Notes: generated by a model not told the origin, from the letters alone. Shown: positions 14,794 through 28,825, counted from the stretch's first letter. The stretch: DNA of 64,000 nt from Eledone cirrhosa (GCA_964016885.1 OZ024756.1:32178001-32242000); one strand, 5' to 3'. Numbers and translations are program-made.

Positions 14794-14914
<121 letters not shown>

Positions 14915-15059
14915 TACAAACATATATATATATATATATAATTCACGTGAATGTGTGTGGTAGTATGAAAGATTTCTAACAAAATATTTTCCTTAATTCT
15001 GATAGGATATACTATTCACCCATGCATTTTCTATATTGACACATGCACATATATATATA

Positions 15060-15131
<72 letters not shown>

Positions 15132-15154
15132 TATATACACACACACATATATAT

Positions 15155-15229
<75 letters not shown>

Positions 15230-15334
15230 CATATATATATATATAAAATATTAAAATATTAAAAAATAATGAATAAAAGTAGATTTATCTACATATATAT
15301 ATATATAAATATATATACACACACATATATATAT

Positions 15335-15385
<51 letters not shown>

Positions 15386-15700
15386 CATATATATATATAC
15401 ATATATTTGCATAAATACATGCATTCAATTTATATTCATACACTCGCACATACACTTATATATATATATTCAAAGATAATAATAAAATGCATAAAGCTTG
15501 AAAACTTTAATATAATATGTTTATGTCTGTAATACCAAAGTTTAAAAGCTATACTTTTCATTCGGATTTTAAATGCTTCGCAATGTTGCTGAACCAGTTG
15601 CTGGATAAACATAATTGAAATATACACATCCAATGTAAATATATATATATATATATTATAAATATATATATATATGCATATATATGTGCATGTGTCAATA

Positions 15701-15793
<93 letters not shown>

Positions 15794-15802
15794 TATATAT
15801 AT

Positions 15803-15871
<69 letters not shown>

Positions 15872-16151
15872 CATCTATATATATAGAGAGAGAGCAATAT
15901 ATTTTTCATTTTGTACTTTTAAATACTTTGCATTATATTTCTTTAGTGAAATATGCTGTTAATATTGTGTTGTGTGTATCTACGTAAATATATATATATA
16001 TATATATATATATTAACAGCATATATATTAACAGCATATATATATTAACAGCATATTTCACTAAAGAATTATAATGCAAAGTATTTAAAAGTGCAAATGA
16101 AAAATATTTCTGCTCTATCTGTTCAAATAATTCTCCTCCTGCATACCGCTC

Positions 16152-16206
<55 letters not shown>

Positions 16207-16400
16207 TAAATACATACCTGTATATATATATATATATATATATGTGTATATATTGTATTGTTGATATACTTTCAATCTTGTCTTAGTGTGAAATCCGTTT
16301 CGTTCATTTCTAAAAATGGTATTATTTATCTATTTTATTTCTGTGTTCTGGATTTGTAGTTGTAGTTGTTTTTGTTGTTCTCCTTAACACACACACTCAC

Positions 16401-16457
<57 letters not shown>

Positions 16458-16487
16458 TATACATATACATATACATATATATATATG

Positions 16488-16531
<44 letters not shown>

Positions 16532-16554
16532 GATATATATATGTATATGCATAA

Positions 16555-16595
<41 letters not shown>

Positions 16596-16659
16596 CACAT
16601 ATATGTATATATATATAAAAACATGAGAAGAATGAAATACTGTGTGGTTGCACATGGGT

Positions 16660-16701
<42 letters not shown>

Positions 16702-16704
16702 TAA

Positions 16705-16761
<57 letters not shown>

Positions 16762-17039
16762 CTATATTCTCTCTCACACAACACATCCATAACCAAACTC
16801 ACACATATACATATATACACAGACACTCACACTCACACTCACACATATTCACACACACATGGATATAGAGAACAGCAATATTTAGCTTGTAATTGAACCT
16901 AAGGGGTGATGTGTTGTTTATATAGAAATGTGTTGAACGTGACAATTATTGACTTTGTCTTGTAAAGACTTGTTATGATCATATTCTATCCCGATACCCG
17001 GGACGCAGAGAGGTAAGTGCCTTTCTCTTCACCACCAAC

Positions 17040-17690
17040 ATGGCTATGCTAAGAGTAGGCTGTTTAAATGCGCGTGGCCTGGGCTCAACTTGGAAGCAGC
17101 AATGCTTCTAAATGACCTCAGGTCACAACGTATAGATGTGATGGTTATTTGCGAGGCCCGGATCAGCAACGTGCGACAGCTGGCCCCCACCTTTGATGAC
17201 TTTGAGATGCACGCATCTCTCTGTCAGCCCGGAGGTGGGGGTGGAGTTGTCGTTCTGCTGCAAAAACATCTGGGTCTCGCAACACAGATGGTACATTTGG
17301 ACCCGGAGGGTCGACTAGTGGTTCTGGACCTTGGCAGTGGTAAAGGCGGAGCGTTTAGGTTGGTAGCCGCCTACGGCCCTTTCGGGTCAATGCGGCCGGA
17401 CTTCTTCCATCGTCTGGAGACTTTTCTGGGGACGTCCCGCTCCTTGCTATTAGTGGGGGACTGGAATGGTATCCTAGATGCACGCTGGGACTACGTAGGG
17501 CCTGCCCCGATAGAGAGGGGTGTAATAGCCTCAAAGGGTTAATCGTCGATTTGACCTGGCCGATAGATATCGACTAGATTTTCCGACTGCGCCAACCTGG
17601 ACTTGGGCAAATCGTAGCGGATCATCTAGGTCGTACCTAGATAGGTTCTTAGTTAGAATTAAGGATAAGGACTTTTTAAGTTGTCCAAAA
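17040..17690 (+). pseudogene. Frameshifted AP-endonuclease domain of the LINE ORF2
   Basis: ATG at 17040 gives MAMLRVGCLNARGL, then stops. A second frame (17090-17542) gives VICE, GRLVVL and LLVGDWN. The RT frame resumes with WTW..SRSYLDRFLV..SDH. At least two frameshifts. Confidence 0.88.
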
Positions 17691-20474
17691 ATGCGCATGG
17701 TTGGCTATTCAGACCACAAATTAGTGACCTGCATGGTCAACCTTGACAGAACTCATAGACAGGGCCCCGGTTACTGGAAGCTCAACTTGTCCTTGCCGGC
17801 AAGTAGAGCCTACAGGAATCGGATTAGTACGTTAGTTAAGGAACGGTTGACTGGAGCGATCGTCAACAGCAGGTGGTGGGTATCTCTAAAGAGAGAGATT
17901 AGAGTAGTCTCGATAGAATTTAGTAAGGTTCTAGCTGCGGATAGGAATAGGAAGGAAAGGGAGCTAATAGATAGAGTAGAAGAGGCAATTAGAAGCGGCG
18001 ACGTGGCCAGAGTGCTAGCGTCGAGAACGGCTTTGAGCCAGTTTTTCGACGCGAAGCACGAAGGCTGCGTTGTCCGAAGTAAAATACGTGCTCTAGGGAA
18101 CGAGGGGACCAAAGCTGTTAGCTGGGCCCGCGTGACAGAGGCCAACAGTGGAACTAAATCCACCATCCGGTCTTTGCGAGACCTGGATGGACGGGCGATT
18201 CTTGGGCCTAAGCAGATGTGTGAGGCCTTTCAAAGGCACTTTGCCCGACTGTTCGGGAGGGGCGGGGAGCCGGTTGGGAACGTGGACTTCGGTCCATACC
18301 TCGACGGCCTGCCGCGCCTCTCGGACAGGGAGGCGAAGTCCTGCGAGGAGCCGATTTCGGCCGCTGAGATAGAGGACGTGCTGAGCCAATGCGGCAAACG
18401 CAAATCCCCGGGTCTCGATGGTCTTCCTTACGAATTATATCTAGCTATGCCGGACTTGTTCCCCGATCTCCTCGAGGCGGTCTACTGCAACTGGCAACAG
18501 AATGGGAGAATTCCCTGTACTGTGACCAAGGGCGTAGTCACGCTAGTGAGGAAGGACGAGAACAAGGGGGACGAAATAAGTAACTTCAGGCCCATAACTC
18601 TGCTAAATACAGAGTTACAGATTTTGGCCAAGGTGCTAGCAAAGAGGTTGGCGCTTGTCGTGGGCAACCTGGTGGGAGATGCGCAGACATGCGCTATCCC
18701 GTCCAGGTCCATCCATGACAACCTCCACCTCATGCGATACATCATAGAGAGGGTTGGGAACGAACCCGGCTTTGGTGGGGCTCTGATCAACTTGGATCAA
18801 TCTAAGGCGTTCGATAGGGTCGACCATGGTTACCTGGATGCGGTGCTAGCGGCGGCAGGCTTCGGACCCGTTTTCAGGGGCTGGATCACTGCTATGCACA
18901 GCAGCCGCATCTGCTCTAGGGTCAAGGTGAACGGCTACCTCTCGGAGCCGTTCAAAATCGCGCGGTCCATCCGACAGGGGTGCCCTCTCTCCTCCCTTCT
19001 GTATGTGTTGACTCTCGAGCCACTACTGCGGAAGTTGGAGTTGTTGCAGGGCATCCCTTTGGAACCGGGATTGCGGAAAGCGGTGTCGGCCTACGCCGAT
19101 GACGTGACAGTAATGGTGTCGACGGCCTCCGAAATCGAGGCGGTCGGCACCTTACTGGAGGAGTACGAAAAGTTCACAGGGGCTAAGCTGAACCGGGACA
19201 AGTCGATCGGTTTGCAACTCGGCACGTGGAGGGGCAGACCGATGCCCTCCGATGGCGTCGTCGGACGCTGGACGGAGGGCCCGGTGAAGTTGCTCGGGGT
19301 CTGGTTCGGACCGGACCTCCAGGTGGAGAAAAACTGGGCGGAGGTTACGAACAGGGTGTTTGCACTGACCCAGAAGTGGGCCAGTTGCAAACTATCCCTG
19401 AAAGGTCGGGCGGAGGTGGCGAACACCTACATAGCGTCCGTCATCTACTACCGCCTGACCGTAGTGCCCTGCCCAAGGGAAACCCTCACCAAGATGGAGC
19501 GCGCGCTCTTCCAATTCCTTTGGAAGAGGCGGGCTCCTATGGTGAGGAGATCCATCTGCTGTCAACACCCTTCGAAAGGAGGGCTGGGGATGCCGTGGCT
19601 AATGATGCGTAAACACGCATTAAGGCTACGGCACCTCTACGTATTCCTCACCGGACAACCGGTGTGGGCCTCGTTTGTGAGGCGAACCTTTCCCAGACTC
19701 GTCTCACTCACCGAGCTGCAATCCTGGGTCAAGCAAAGACCGAGAAAACTGGGCGCCTGGCACACTGAGTGTGCCCAGGCGCTCACCGCCCTCTGGCAGG
19801 CGGATCCGGTTATCAGTGGAGACTCCACCGCAACATTCTATAGAGGGCTGGTACGCAGCAGGTGCGACGACGCCCTCGGAGAAGCCCTAGACATGGAGGA
19901 GGACGAACTGGCCAGCCTGTTCGGTAGGACATTCAGCCCGGGACCTATGGACAACTTCCAGAAGTCCCTGGCCTGGCAGTGCTACCGAGGGGCTTTACCC
20001 GTTCGAGAAAGGCTCTACAGACACGGGCGCCCGGGTAGGGACCCCGCCAAAAAGATCTGTCCCAGATGCGTGTGCGACGAGGAAACCGTTGCACACGCAT
20101 TGGTACACTGCTCGGGCGTAGCCGATCTGTGGGGCTATGTCGAACAACTGCTGTCAAGGGTGGAACCGATCCGGTTGACCACCGAGTCTATTGTAATGAT
20201 CAAGCCGCCTCCCCCCTTCAAAGATGAAGCAGAGGCGGTGTTTCTGTGCGTAATAGCCATGGCGAAAGAGGTTGTATGGTGGACGCGTCTGAAAGGACTG
20301 AGGTCAGGCACCTTTCTCTCTGGCCAACAACTGGTCCGTTTCTTCCGATATCATTTCGGAAGAAGGATCAGGATGGAGAGAGAGGTGCTGCACCCCAGCC
20401 GTTTCTATGAAAGATGGGTGAAAGTGGCGAGAATGGCCCGTGTGAATGGGCCTTCACTCTACATCAGACTATAG
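17691..20474 (+). CDS. LINE ORF2 reverse transcriptase with C-terminal zinc knuckle (927-aa open part)
   Basis: Motifs SDH (end of APE), YWKLN, KSPGLDGL, FRPITLLN, LDQSKAFDRV, RQGCPLS, YADD, GGLG and CPRC-x-ETVAHALVHC, all typical of L1/Tx1 ORF2. Confidence 0.93.
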   Translation: MRMVGYSDHKLVTCMVNLDRTHRQGPGYWKLNLSLPASRAYRNRISTLVKERLTGAIVNSRWWVSLKREIRVVSIEFSKVLAADRNRKERELIDRVEEAIRSGDVARVLASRTALSQFFDAKHEGCVVRSKIRALGNEGTKAVSWARVTEANSGTKSTIRSLRDLDGRAILGPKQMCEAFQRHFARLFGRGGEPVGNVDFGPYLDGLPRLSDREAKSCEEPISAAEIEDVLSQCGKRKSPGLDGLPYELYLAMPDLFPDLLEAVYCNWQQNGRIPCTVTKGVVTLVRKDENKGDEISNFRPITLLNTELQILAKVLAKRLALVVGNLVGDAQTCAIPSRSIHDNLHLMRYIIERVGNEPGFGGALINLDQSKAFDRVDHGYLDAVLAAAGFGPVFRGWITAMHSSRICSRVKVNGYLSEPFKIARSIRQGCPLSSLLYVLTLEPLLRKLELLQGIPLEPGLRKAVSAYADDVTVMVSTASEIEAVGTLLEEYEKFTGAKLNRDKSIGLQLGTWRGRPMPSDGVVGRWTEGPVKLLGVWFGPDLQVEKNWAEVTNRVFALTQKWASCKLSLKGRAEVANTYIASVIYYRLTVVPCPRETLTKMERALFQFLWKRRAPMVRRSICCQHPSKGGLGMPWLMMRKHALRLRHLYVFLTGQPVWASFVRRTFPRLVSLTELQSWVKQRPRKLGAWHTECAQALTALWQADPVISGDSTATFYRGLVRSRCDDALGEALDMEEDELASLFGRTFSPGPMDNFQKSLAWQCYRGALPVRERLYRHGRPGRDPAKKICPRCVCDEETVAHALVHCSGVADLWGYVEQLLSRVEPIRLTTESIVMIKPPPPFKDEAEAVFLCVIAMAKEVVWWTRLKGLRSGTFLSGQQLVRFFRYHFGRRIRMEREVLHPSRFYERWVKVARMARVNGPSLYIRL

Positions 20475-20738
20475 GTGAGGAAGATGAAAGACCAAGGGAG
20501 CACCCCTTCTCTGTGCTCCTGAGGAGAAGGGTTGCACACTTTTTTCGGGGGTGTGTGCGACCCCCCAAGGCGCCTCCTCTCTATTGAGGATTTTGTTAAA
20601 AATTTTATTTTTTGTTATATCTTATTTTATTTTTATATTTTGTTATTGCCTCCTCCTTATTGAGGACGCCTTTTTGTGTAAACTCCCCCCTTTGTACTTG
20701 TCCCACTTTTGATGCCCTAGTGGCAAATAAAAGAAATA

Positions 20739-20740
<2 letters not shown>

Positions 20741-20788
<48 letters not shown>

Positions 20789-20897
20789 ATCTATTAATCT
20801 ATCTATCTATCGATATATAATCTATCTATCAATCTATCTATCGATGTATAATCTATCTATGTATCTATCTATCTATCTATTTATCTATCCATATATA

Positions 20898-20980
<83 letters not shown>

Positions 20981-20981
20981 C

Positions 20982-21016
<35 letters not shown>
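20741..21016 (+). repeat. (TCTA)n microsatellite abutting the LINE 3' end
   Basis: Direct inspection. Confidence 0.95.
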
Positions 21017-21029
<13 letters not shown>

Positions 21030-21053
21030 ATGTATCTGGTTATCTCTCTCCCC

Positions 21054-21163
<110 letters not shown>

Positions 21164-21355
21164 TATAATCTATGTATCCCTCTTTCTATCTAGCTATCTA
21201 TGAATAATGTGTTTTAAATATGTTTCTTTGTTGTTTGTGTTTTTGCTGTAGTTTGGTTACGTTTAAGATTACTGAGTGAAAGTTTGGTATGCTTTACACA
21301 CACACAAACACACACATATATATGTATACACACACACACACATATATATATGTAT

Positions 21356-21419
<64 letters not shown>

Positions 21420-21495
21420 CACAGACACACACTCACACACACATGCATATATATTTATTTATTCATACATATATATATATATATACATATATGTA

Positions 21496-21543
<48 letters not shown>

Positions 21544-21595
21544 CATATATATGTCTATATATATCTACATGCATATATGAAACACACACACTCAC

Positions 21596-21627
<32 letters not shown>

Positions 21628-21974
21628 GGCGAGAGAGAGATGTAGAGAGGGAGAGAGAGGGAAATATTTATCAAGCCTACTATCACCAACCAACAAACCA
21701 GTCGGCTACCCTACCCAGCCACCCAGCCATCCATCAACCAACCAACCAACCAACCAACCCACTACCCTATCAGTTTTGGTCATTTTTGTTTTCGTTCAGC
21801 TTTTTCTTTTGTGTATAAGAAATGTAAATTACACGCCTGCTTTACTTACAATAACTAAACGGATGTGGTTTTCCTCTTACACCATTTTAGTAGTAGAGCT
21901 GTTTTGTAGCGTTGCTCTCGTTGTTTTAGTTGGTGTTTCTGGTGCATTTAACATCGTGGATTATTGCTACTGGC

Positions 21975-22770
21975 TTATTAGTGTTGCTGCTGTTGGTTTT
22001 GTTAGTGTTGCTGCTGTTGGTTTTGTTAGTGTTGCTGCTGTTGTTGTTTTTTGCGTTGGTGCTGTTGCTGTTGTTGTTGGTAGTGTTGTTTTTGTTGTTG
22101 TTGTTGGTAGTGTTGCTTTTGTTGTTGCAGTTAGTGTTGCTGCTGTTGTTGTTTGTGTTGGTGTTGCTGTCGTTGTTATTGGTGGTGCTGTTGCTATAGT
22201 TGTTTGGTAGTGTTGCTTTTGTTGTTGTTGTAGTTAGTGTTGCTGCTGTTGTTGTTGTTTGTGTTGGTGCTGCTGTCGTTGTTATTGGTGGTGTTGTTGC
22301 TGTAGTTGTTGGTAGTGTTGCTTTTGTTGTTGTTGTTCGTGTTGTTGCTGTTGTTTTTGTTAGTGTTGCTGCTGCTGTTGTTGTTGTTGGTGTTGGTGGT
22401 GGTGCTAGTGGTGGTGGTTGTGTTATTGCTATTCTGTCTCTTGCTGGTGATTGTATGTGTTTCTCTTGACGTAGAGTGTAGTTTAATGCTGTTGCAGTTG
22501 CTGTTGTTGTTGTTGATGGTGACCATTGGAATGTTTGTTGTTGTTGTTGATGATGGTGACCATTGGAGTGTCTGTTGGTGTTGTTGTAGGTGGCGTTGAT
22601 AGTTCAGGTGATGGTGTTGCTGGTGGTTGTTGAGTTATTTTGTTGTAGATGTCCTGTGTATGTTGGTGTTGTTGTTGTAGGTGGCGTTAATGGTCTTTCG
22701 GGTGTTGGTGTTGGTGATGGTGTTGCTGGTGGTTGTTGAGGTGTATGTTGTTGTAAATGACGTTGTTGAA
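21975..22770. repeat. Degenerate (GTT/GCT/GGT)n low-complexity array
   Basis: Direct inspection; it produces spurious poly-V/L/N ORFs. Confidence 0.9.
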
Positions 22771-23159
22771 AAGATGTTTACAATACAAAGTATCAGAATA
22801 TGATATGTTTGGGCCAGAAACGTGACAGTAGAAGAGAAAACAACCATTTTCCGTTTTTAGAAGCAGTAATGTCTGAAACTAAGAAGATGAGATAAAAAAA
22901 ACATAAATGAAATGAATATAAAATACTATGTATGTCTTCTGGACACACATCCTTTTTTATTGTAATATTGATATCTATTGATTGGGAAAAACAGACTTTA
23001 AAAGATAACATTTCGTCCCAAAGACATTCATGTTTTCCCGAATTTTATTTCAAAACATAACACATCCAAGTAACGAAATCTACTCGCAAATTCTGATGTT
23101 ATTTACACACAAGTCAGTCCTCAATCATCAGATTTAGGGTTTCAGATGTGACCATAATA

Positions 23160-23375
23160 ACGGTTTCTTATATAGGCAAAAGGCCAGCAAATTTGGGGGA
23201 GGAGAAAGTCGATTAAATCGACCCCAGTGCGTGACTGGTACTTTATTTTATCGACCCCGTGAGGATGAAAGGCAAATTCAACATCAGCGGGATTTGAACT
23301 CAGATCGTAAAGGGTCGTAACTCTACGCTGCAAACATGGCGTCCGACCCTCTACCGATACTGCCAATCCACCATC
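23160..23375 (-). mobile_element. S1 SINE (long variant) with TSD
   Basis: Reverse complement of the consensus; flanking duplication gatgtga(c/t)cataataacg. Confidence 0.85.
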
Positions 23376-23733
23376 CTTGATGTGATCATAATAACGATGT
23401 TATTTACGCTCAAGTCAGTCCTCAATAGCCAGCTTTAGAATCAAAGGGGTTCCAGATACTCAATTTGTCCAAAGGAAATTATTTCAAAAAGCTGAAAGAA
23501 ATGTTGTCAATAATTTTGTTAGTCAGACAACCCAGATATATTCTACGGTGATGGCCATCAGAATATTTCAAATCAGTTTAAACTCTCACAATTTCCTTGT
23601 ATAATTAATTGTATAGACGCTGTCGATGGAAATATAGGTTTTGAAAGATTTGAAATAGATATTCATCTATATTTATAAATGTTCTATCAACATTATTACA
23701 TTTCCGCTGTCATAAATTACACATATACGATGA

Positions 23734-23832
<99 letters not shown>

Positions 23833-24033
23833 AAGTATAGGCATTTTCCTATAAGAGTGTAGCCATGTCATATCACAATGTGAAATACGAAGTAAAAACG
23901 TTGAAGACATTACTAATGAATGATTGATTAATGGAAACACGTGGCAAAAGAATGCATGTACTTTTAGCGAATATATATATACACACACATACACATATAT
24001 GTATATATAGGTATATATATATATGCGTATATG

Positions 24034-24092
<59 letters not shown>

Positions 24093-24115
24093 CTCATGAT
24101 AGCTAAGATGTTTTC

Positions 24116-24194
<79 letters not shown>

Positions 24195-24383
24195 ACACAC
24201 ACACACACACATATACATAAGTATGTATATAAGTATGTATTTAATATGTATATATAGTAACAAGCTATTATTTTAATTGCTATGATTCTATGAATGAATA
24301 ATTTATATGACAATTTCGACCTCTTGTAAACATACATGTATACATAGATGTATTTATGTATACATCTAGGTATATATATGTAT

Positions 24384-24414
<31 letters not shown>

Positions 24415-24974
24415 GTTGCGTTTGATTGTATGTCTGATATATATTTAAGGATATATGAAGAAATATGATATATACACATCACAAATGTAATGCTTCTTAA
24501 TATATTTCTGTATTTCTGCCTCGGGAGTGATCTTACTGCTTGTAAGATTTGTGAGAGTAGCTTTTTACTATTTGTAAACTTAGGTTTCCACATCTTTTCA
24601 ATAAATGGTCAACAGACTTCCAGTGATCTTCCCTGTTATTGTTGTTGTTATTAGCAGAATCATTAGTGCGTCGAACAAATGTTTTCTATCCTCTCAGATA
24701 AACCAAAGAAGTAGCGGTCAACTTCAGAATTGATTGAATTGCCCCAACTTCCCCGCTTAATCCATGGCCTCAATGAAAAATGGTTGTCCTTGTGCTTATA
24801 TTAGAAACAATTATTATTGTTGCTGTTTTTGTTGTTGTTGTTGTTCAGATATAATTACATTCAACGCAATAGCACTTCTGCATCAGATGGAATAAAAAAA
24901 CCAGTGAGTAATTCTAACAACAACAACAACGACAAAAACAACAACACCACCAAGAACAATAATAATATTAGTAA

Positions 24975-25427
24975 TTATTGTTTCTACTTTTGGCACAAGG
25001 CCAGCAATTATCCCAGTACATTACTGGTACTTTATTTTATCGACCCCGTAAGGATGAAAAGCAAAGTTGACCTCGGTGGGATTTGAACTCAGAATGGAAA
25101 GGGCCGTAACTCTATGCGTCAAAGCATGGCGTCCGACCCTCTACCGATACTGCCAATCCACCGCCCTAATATCCACCGCCCAATAATATTAGTAATAATA
25201 AAAATAATAATAATAATAATTATGGTTTCTTATATAGGCACAAAGCCAGCAATTTTGGAGGAGCGGTAAGTCGATTAAATTGACCCCCAGTGCGTGACTG
25301 GTACTTTATTTTATCGACCCCGTAAGGATGAAAGACGATGTTGACCTCGGCGGGATTTGAACTCAGAATGGCAAGGGCAGTAACTATGCTGGAAAGCGCG
25401 GCCTCCGACCCTCCACCAGTACCCGCC
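24975..25427 (-). mobile_element. Two adjacent S1 SINE copies (24975-25167 short, 25222-25427 long)
   Basis: Consensus match on the minus strand. Confidence 0.87.
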
Positions 25428-26079
25428 TAATAACAACAATAATAATGTATAATAGTAATGAATAAATAAACTAAAAATATAACGGAGCGTTGAAATGAAA
25501 AGACTGTATTTATTCACCATGACATAGAATGCGTTTCCAAAAATAAACCAAGATGTATTCGATAATGCCTCGATATAATCTAGCTTTTGTATTTGCGGCC
25601 ATTTTTATTGAAGGTTTTTGTCGTATTTACTGTTGTTGTTGTTACAGTTTTCTTTTTTTTTTCTTTTATTGTATTATGGTTTTCGGAATCACTCTCTCTT
25701 CCTCTTCCCAATAAATTCTATTCTGGTATATAATGAACTATACTGAACACAATTGTTGCGTTACATACGTACACACCTCGAAGTTTTCGGTGCGAACCAT
25801 TGGGTATATGTAAACATAAGTTCTGTCAACAACAATGACAACAACAAACGAAAACAACAACAACGGTAGCAACAATAGGCAAAACACAACAAGAAAAAGA
25901 AAAAAAAACGAAAAAAACCCCCACATCAACGAGAACAATCAGAACTGTGACAGAAATGACATGAACAACCAGGGCGCAAAAGATACAATGAAACAACAAC
26001 AACCACTACTACTACCTCTACAATAATAACAACAGCCATGTCAAGGAAACCCACCAGAACGATAGCAGCAATGATTTGA

Positions 26080-26184
26080 ATAACAACCGCACAAGTGGTA
26101 CAATGGCAACAACAACAACAACAACTATTACTACTACTACAACTACAATAACAACCGCACAAGTGGTACAATAACAACAACATT

Positions 26185-26235
<51 letters not shown>

Positions 26236-26338
26236 AATTACAACCGCACAAGTGGTACAATGGCAACAACAACAACAACTATTACTACTACTACAACTAC
26301 AATAACAACCGCACAAGTGGTACAATAGCAACAACATT

Positions 26339-26392
<54 letters not shown>

Positions 26393-26430
26393 AATTACAA
26401 CCGCACAAGTGGTACAATAGCAACAACATT

Positions 26431-26472
<42 letters not shown>

Positions 26473-26510
26473 AATTACAACCGCACAAGTGGTACAATAG
26501 CAACAACATT

Positions 26511-26558
<48 letters not shown>

Positions 26559-26570
26559 AACAATACAATA
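26080..26570. repeat. Compound tandem repeat: six caaccgcacaagtggtacaat units with (CAA)n/(CTA)n spacers
   Basis: Direct inspection. Confidence 0.9.
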
Positions 26571-26827
26571 ACAACAACAACCAAAACTTTGAGTATTTTG
26601 ACAATTTGGCTAGTAGTGACTGGACTTAAAATCGATTGTCATGGCTGTACTACGGATAGCGATTTTTAGACACACCGGACCAATGAAACATTTGTTAATA
26701 CTTGGATTAAATCCTAATGTATAGCTTATCCGTGTTATTCATCACTCCAGGAACCGCTTACTAAGGAACTCAGTGAAACCCCGCCGAAAGTTAGTTTTAA
26801 AAAAAAACCCCAAAATCTTTCTCATTA

Positions 26828-27192
26828 ATTAACTTTGCCTTTCATCCTTACGGGGTCGATAAAATAAAATACCAGTCACGCACTGGTGCCGATCTAATCG
26901 ACTTTCCCCTCTCCACAAATTACTGGCCTCGTGCCTAGAGTAGAAAACATTATTTAAATAATAACAGTTTCTAAATAATAATTTAATGAAATTGCATTAG
27001 CAAGATACTTCAAGAGTACAAAACAACACTCTAACTGCATGGCATTTTTCAGGATAGAGTTACGTCACTTTACGGTCTGAGTTCAAATCCAACCGAGGTT
27101 AACTTTTCCTTTCATCCTTACGGGATCGATAAAATAACGCACCAGTAATGTACTGAGGTAATTGCTGGCCTTGTGCCAAAGGTAGAAACAAT
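26828..27192 (+). mobile_element. Two 5'-truncated S1 SINE copies
   Basis: Core and 3' tail at 26828-26950 and about 27040-27192. Confidence 0.82.
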
Positions 27193-28222
27193 TAAATATG
27201 TAAGTCTTTATTTTAATACTCCAGCATTATACAACAATTTCGTCACCATTAAATATAATTTAACAATTATAAATTACTACAGGTTGCTAATAGTTGCTAT
27301 AACAATTTTACCATAATCATACTAAATTTTCTAAATATGATTTGAAAAATCAGTGACTTTTCCAATAAATTTCAAACTAATTACCAAATTAAATAACAAT
27401 TTAACGACACTCTACTAAATCATTATTAGTAATATATAGATATTGCTTCTAAATTTTTCATAGCATTATTAGAAAACAGTCAAGAGTGATGTATTCATAG
27501 AATATTTAGGACATTGGACAATATGTAAAACGGTTTATTGGAGTGCTTCTCGTTGTGATTTTACGCCAAGATTAACTTTGTTTTTCATCTTCCAATATCA
27601 ATGAAATAACAGTCAGTCAGTTACATGAGCTGATTTAATCGCCTTTATCCCCTGCCAAACAAAAAATGTCTGACCTTTTGCCTATGTAAGTATTCATTAT
27701 TACAAATCAGTCAGGTTTTCAAAGATTTTCAAACTAATTAAAACTGTAGCTTGATGATGGTGTTTTCAAATTTTCTATAGTCTTATTAGAAAGCAATCAG
27801 TTTTTGAAGAACTTTCAAACTACTTAGGAGTGCAATTTGACGATAATTTGAAGATAAATTCTTTAAATATTATTGGAAAGTATTTGAAGTTTGAGAAATA
27901 TTTCAAACTATTTAAAACCACAATTTTCACGAAAACGTTTCTAAATTTTTTACTAAAGAATCATTACAAAGCAATCAGGTTTTCAGGAAGTTTCAAACTA
28001 TTTAAAACCTGAATTTGACAATAATGTTTCTAAATTGTTTAAAGTATCATTAGAAAGTGAATTTTGCGTAAAAGCTTTGTTGGCAATTGTTCAGGTAATG
28101 TACCTGTTTGCATTTCAATCATTCACTCAGAAACCTTCATCCTGTTTGGAAATGAAAAAAATATAATACATCTCAGCGAACATGATGAATTAAATCAGAA
28201 ACCATTATTATTTTGTAGAAAT

Positions 28223-28746
28223 AGGGCGGTGGATTGGCAGTATCGGTAGAGGGTCGGACGCCATGCTTTCCAGCATAGTTACGTCCCTTTACGATCTGAG
28301 TTCAAATCCCGCCGAGGTTGACTTTGCCTTTCATCCTTACGGGGTCGATAAAATAAAGTACCAGTAATGCACTGGGTATTTGCTGGCCTTGTGCCTAAAG
28401 TAGAAACAATTATTATTTTGTAGAAAAAGGCGGGGGATTGGCAAAATCGGTAGAGCATCGGACAACATGATTAGCGGTATATAGTTATGGCTTTACGTTC
28501 TGTTTTCAAATCTTGTCGAGGTTAGCTTTGCATTTCATCCTTATGGGATCGATAAAATGAAGTGCCAGTAACACACTGGGGTCGATTTAATCGACATTCC
28601 CCTCTCCGCAAATTGTTGGCCTTGTACCTAAATCAGAAACAGTTATTATTTTCCATAAAAGGACGGTGGATTGTCAGTATCGGTAGAGTTACGGCCCTTT
28701 GCGTTCTGATTTCAAATCTCGCCGAAGTTAGCTTTGCCTTTTCACT

Positions 28747-28825
<79 letters not shown>

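Larger units (their letters stand above)
16990..20740 (+). mobile_element. 5'-truncated L1-clade (Tx1-like) non-LTR retrotransposon: ORF2 (APE-RT-zinc knuckle) plus 3' UTR
   Basis: Sharply bounded GC-rich block in AT-rich DNA. APE, RT and CCHC motifs occur in order. The 3' UTR has AATAAA at 20726 followed directly by (TCTA)n. No ORF1 is present. Confidence 0.92.

Noticed and set aside
16110-16152. [10 protein letters not shown] resembling the CaMK-family kinase GGELF motif
   Set aside because: It lies in an inverted-repeat island between TA tracts, with no splice sites or other kinase motifs nearby; likely chance.
17810-20157. Alternative-frame and antisense ORFs within the LINE
   Set aside because: These are shadow ORFs of a GC-rich coding sequence.
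26080-26570. CRISPR-like repeat-spacer appearance
   Set aside because: The spacers are microsatellites that repeat each other, the context is eukaryotic and there are no cas genes.
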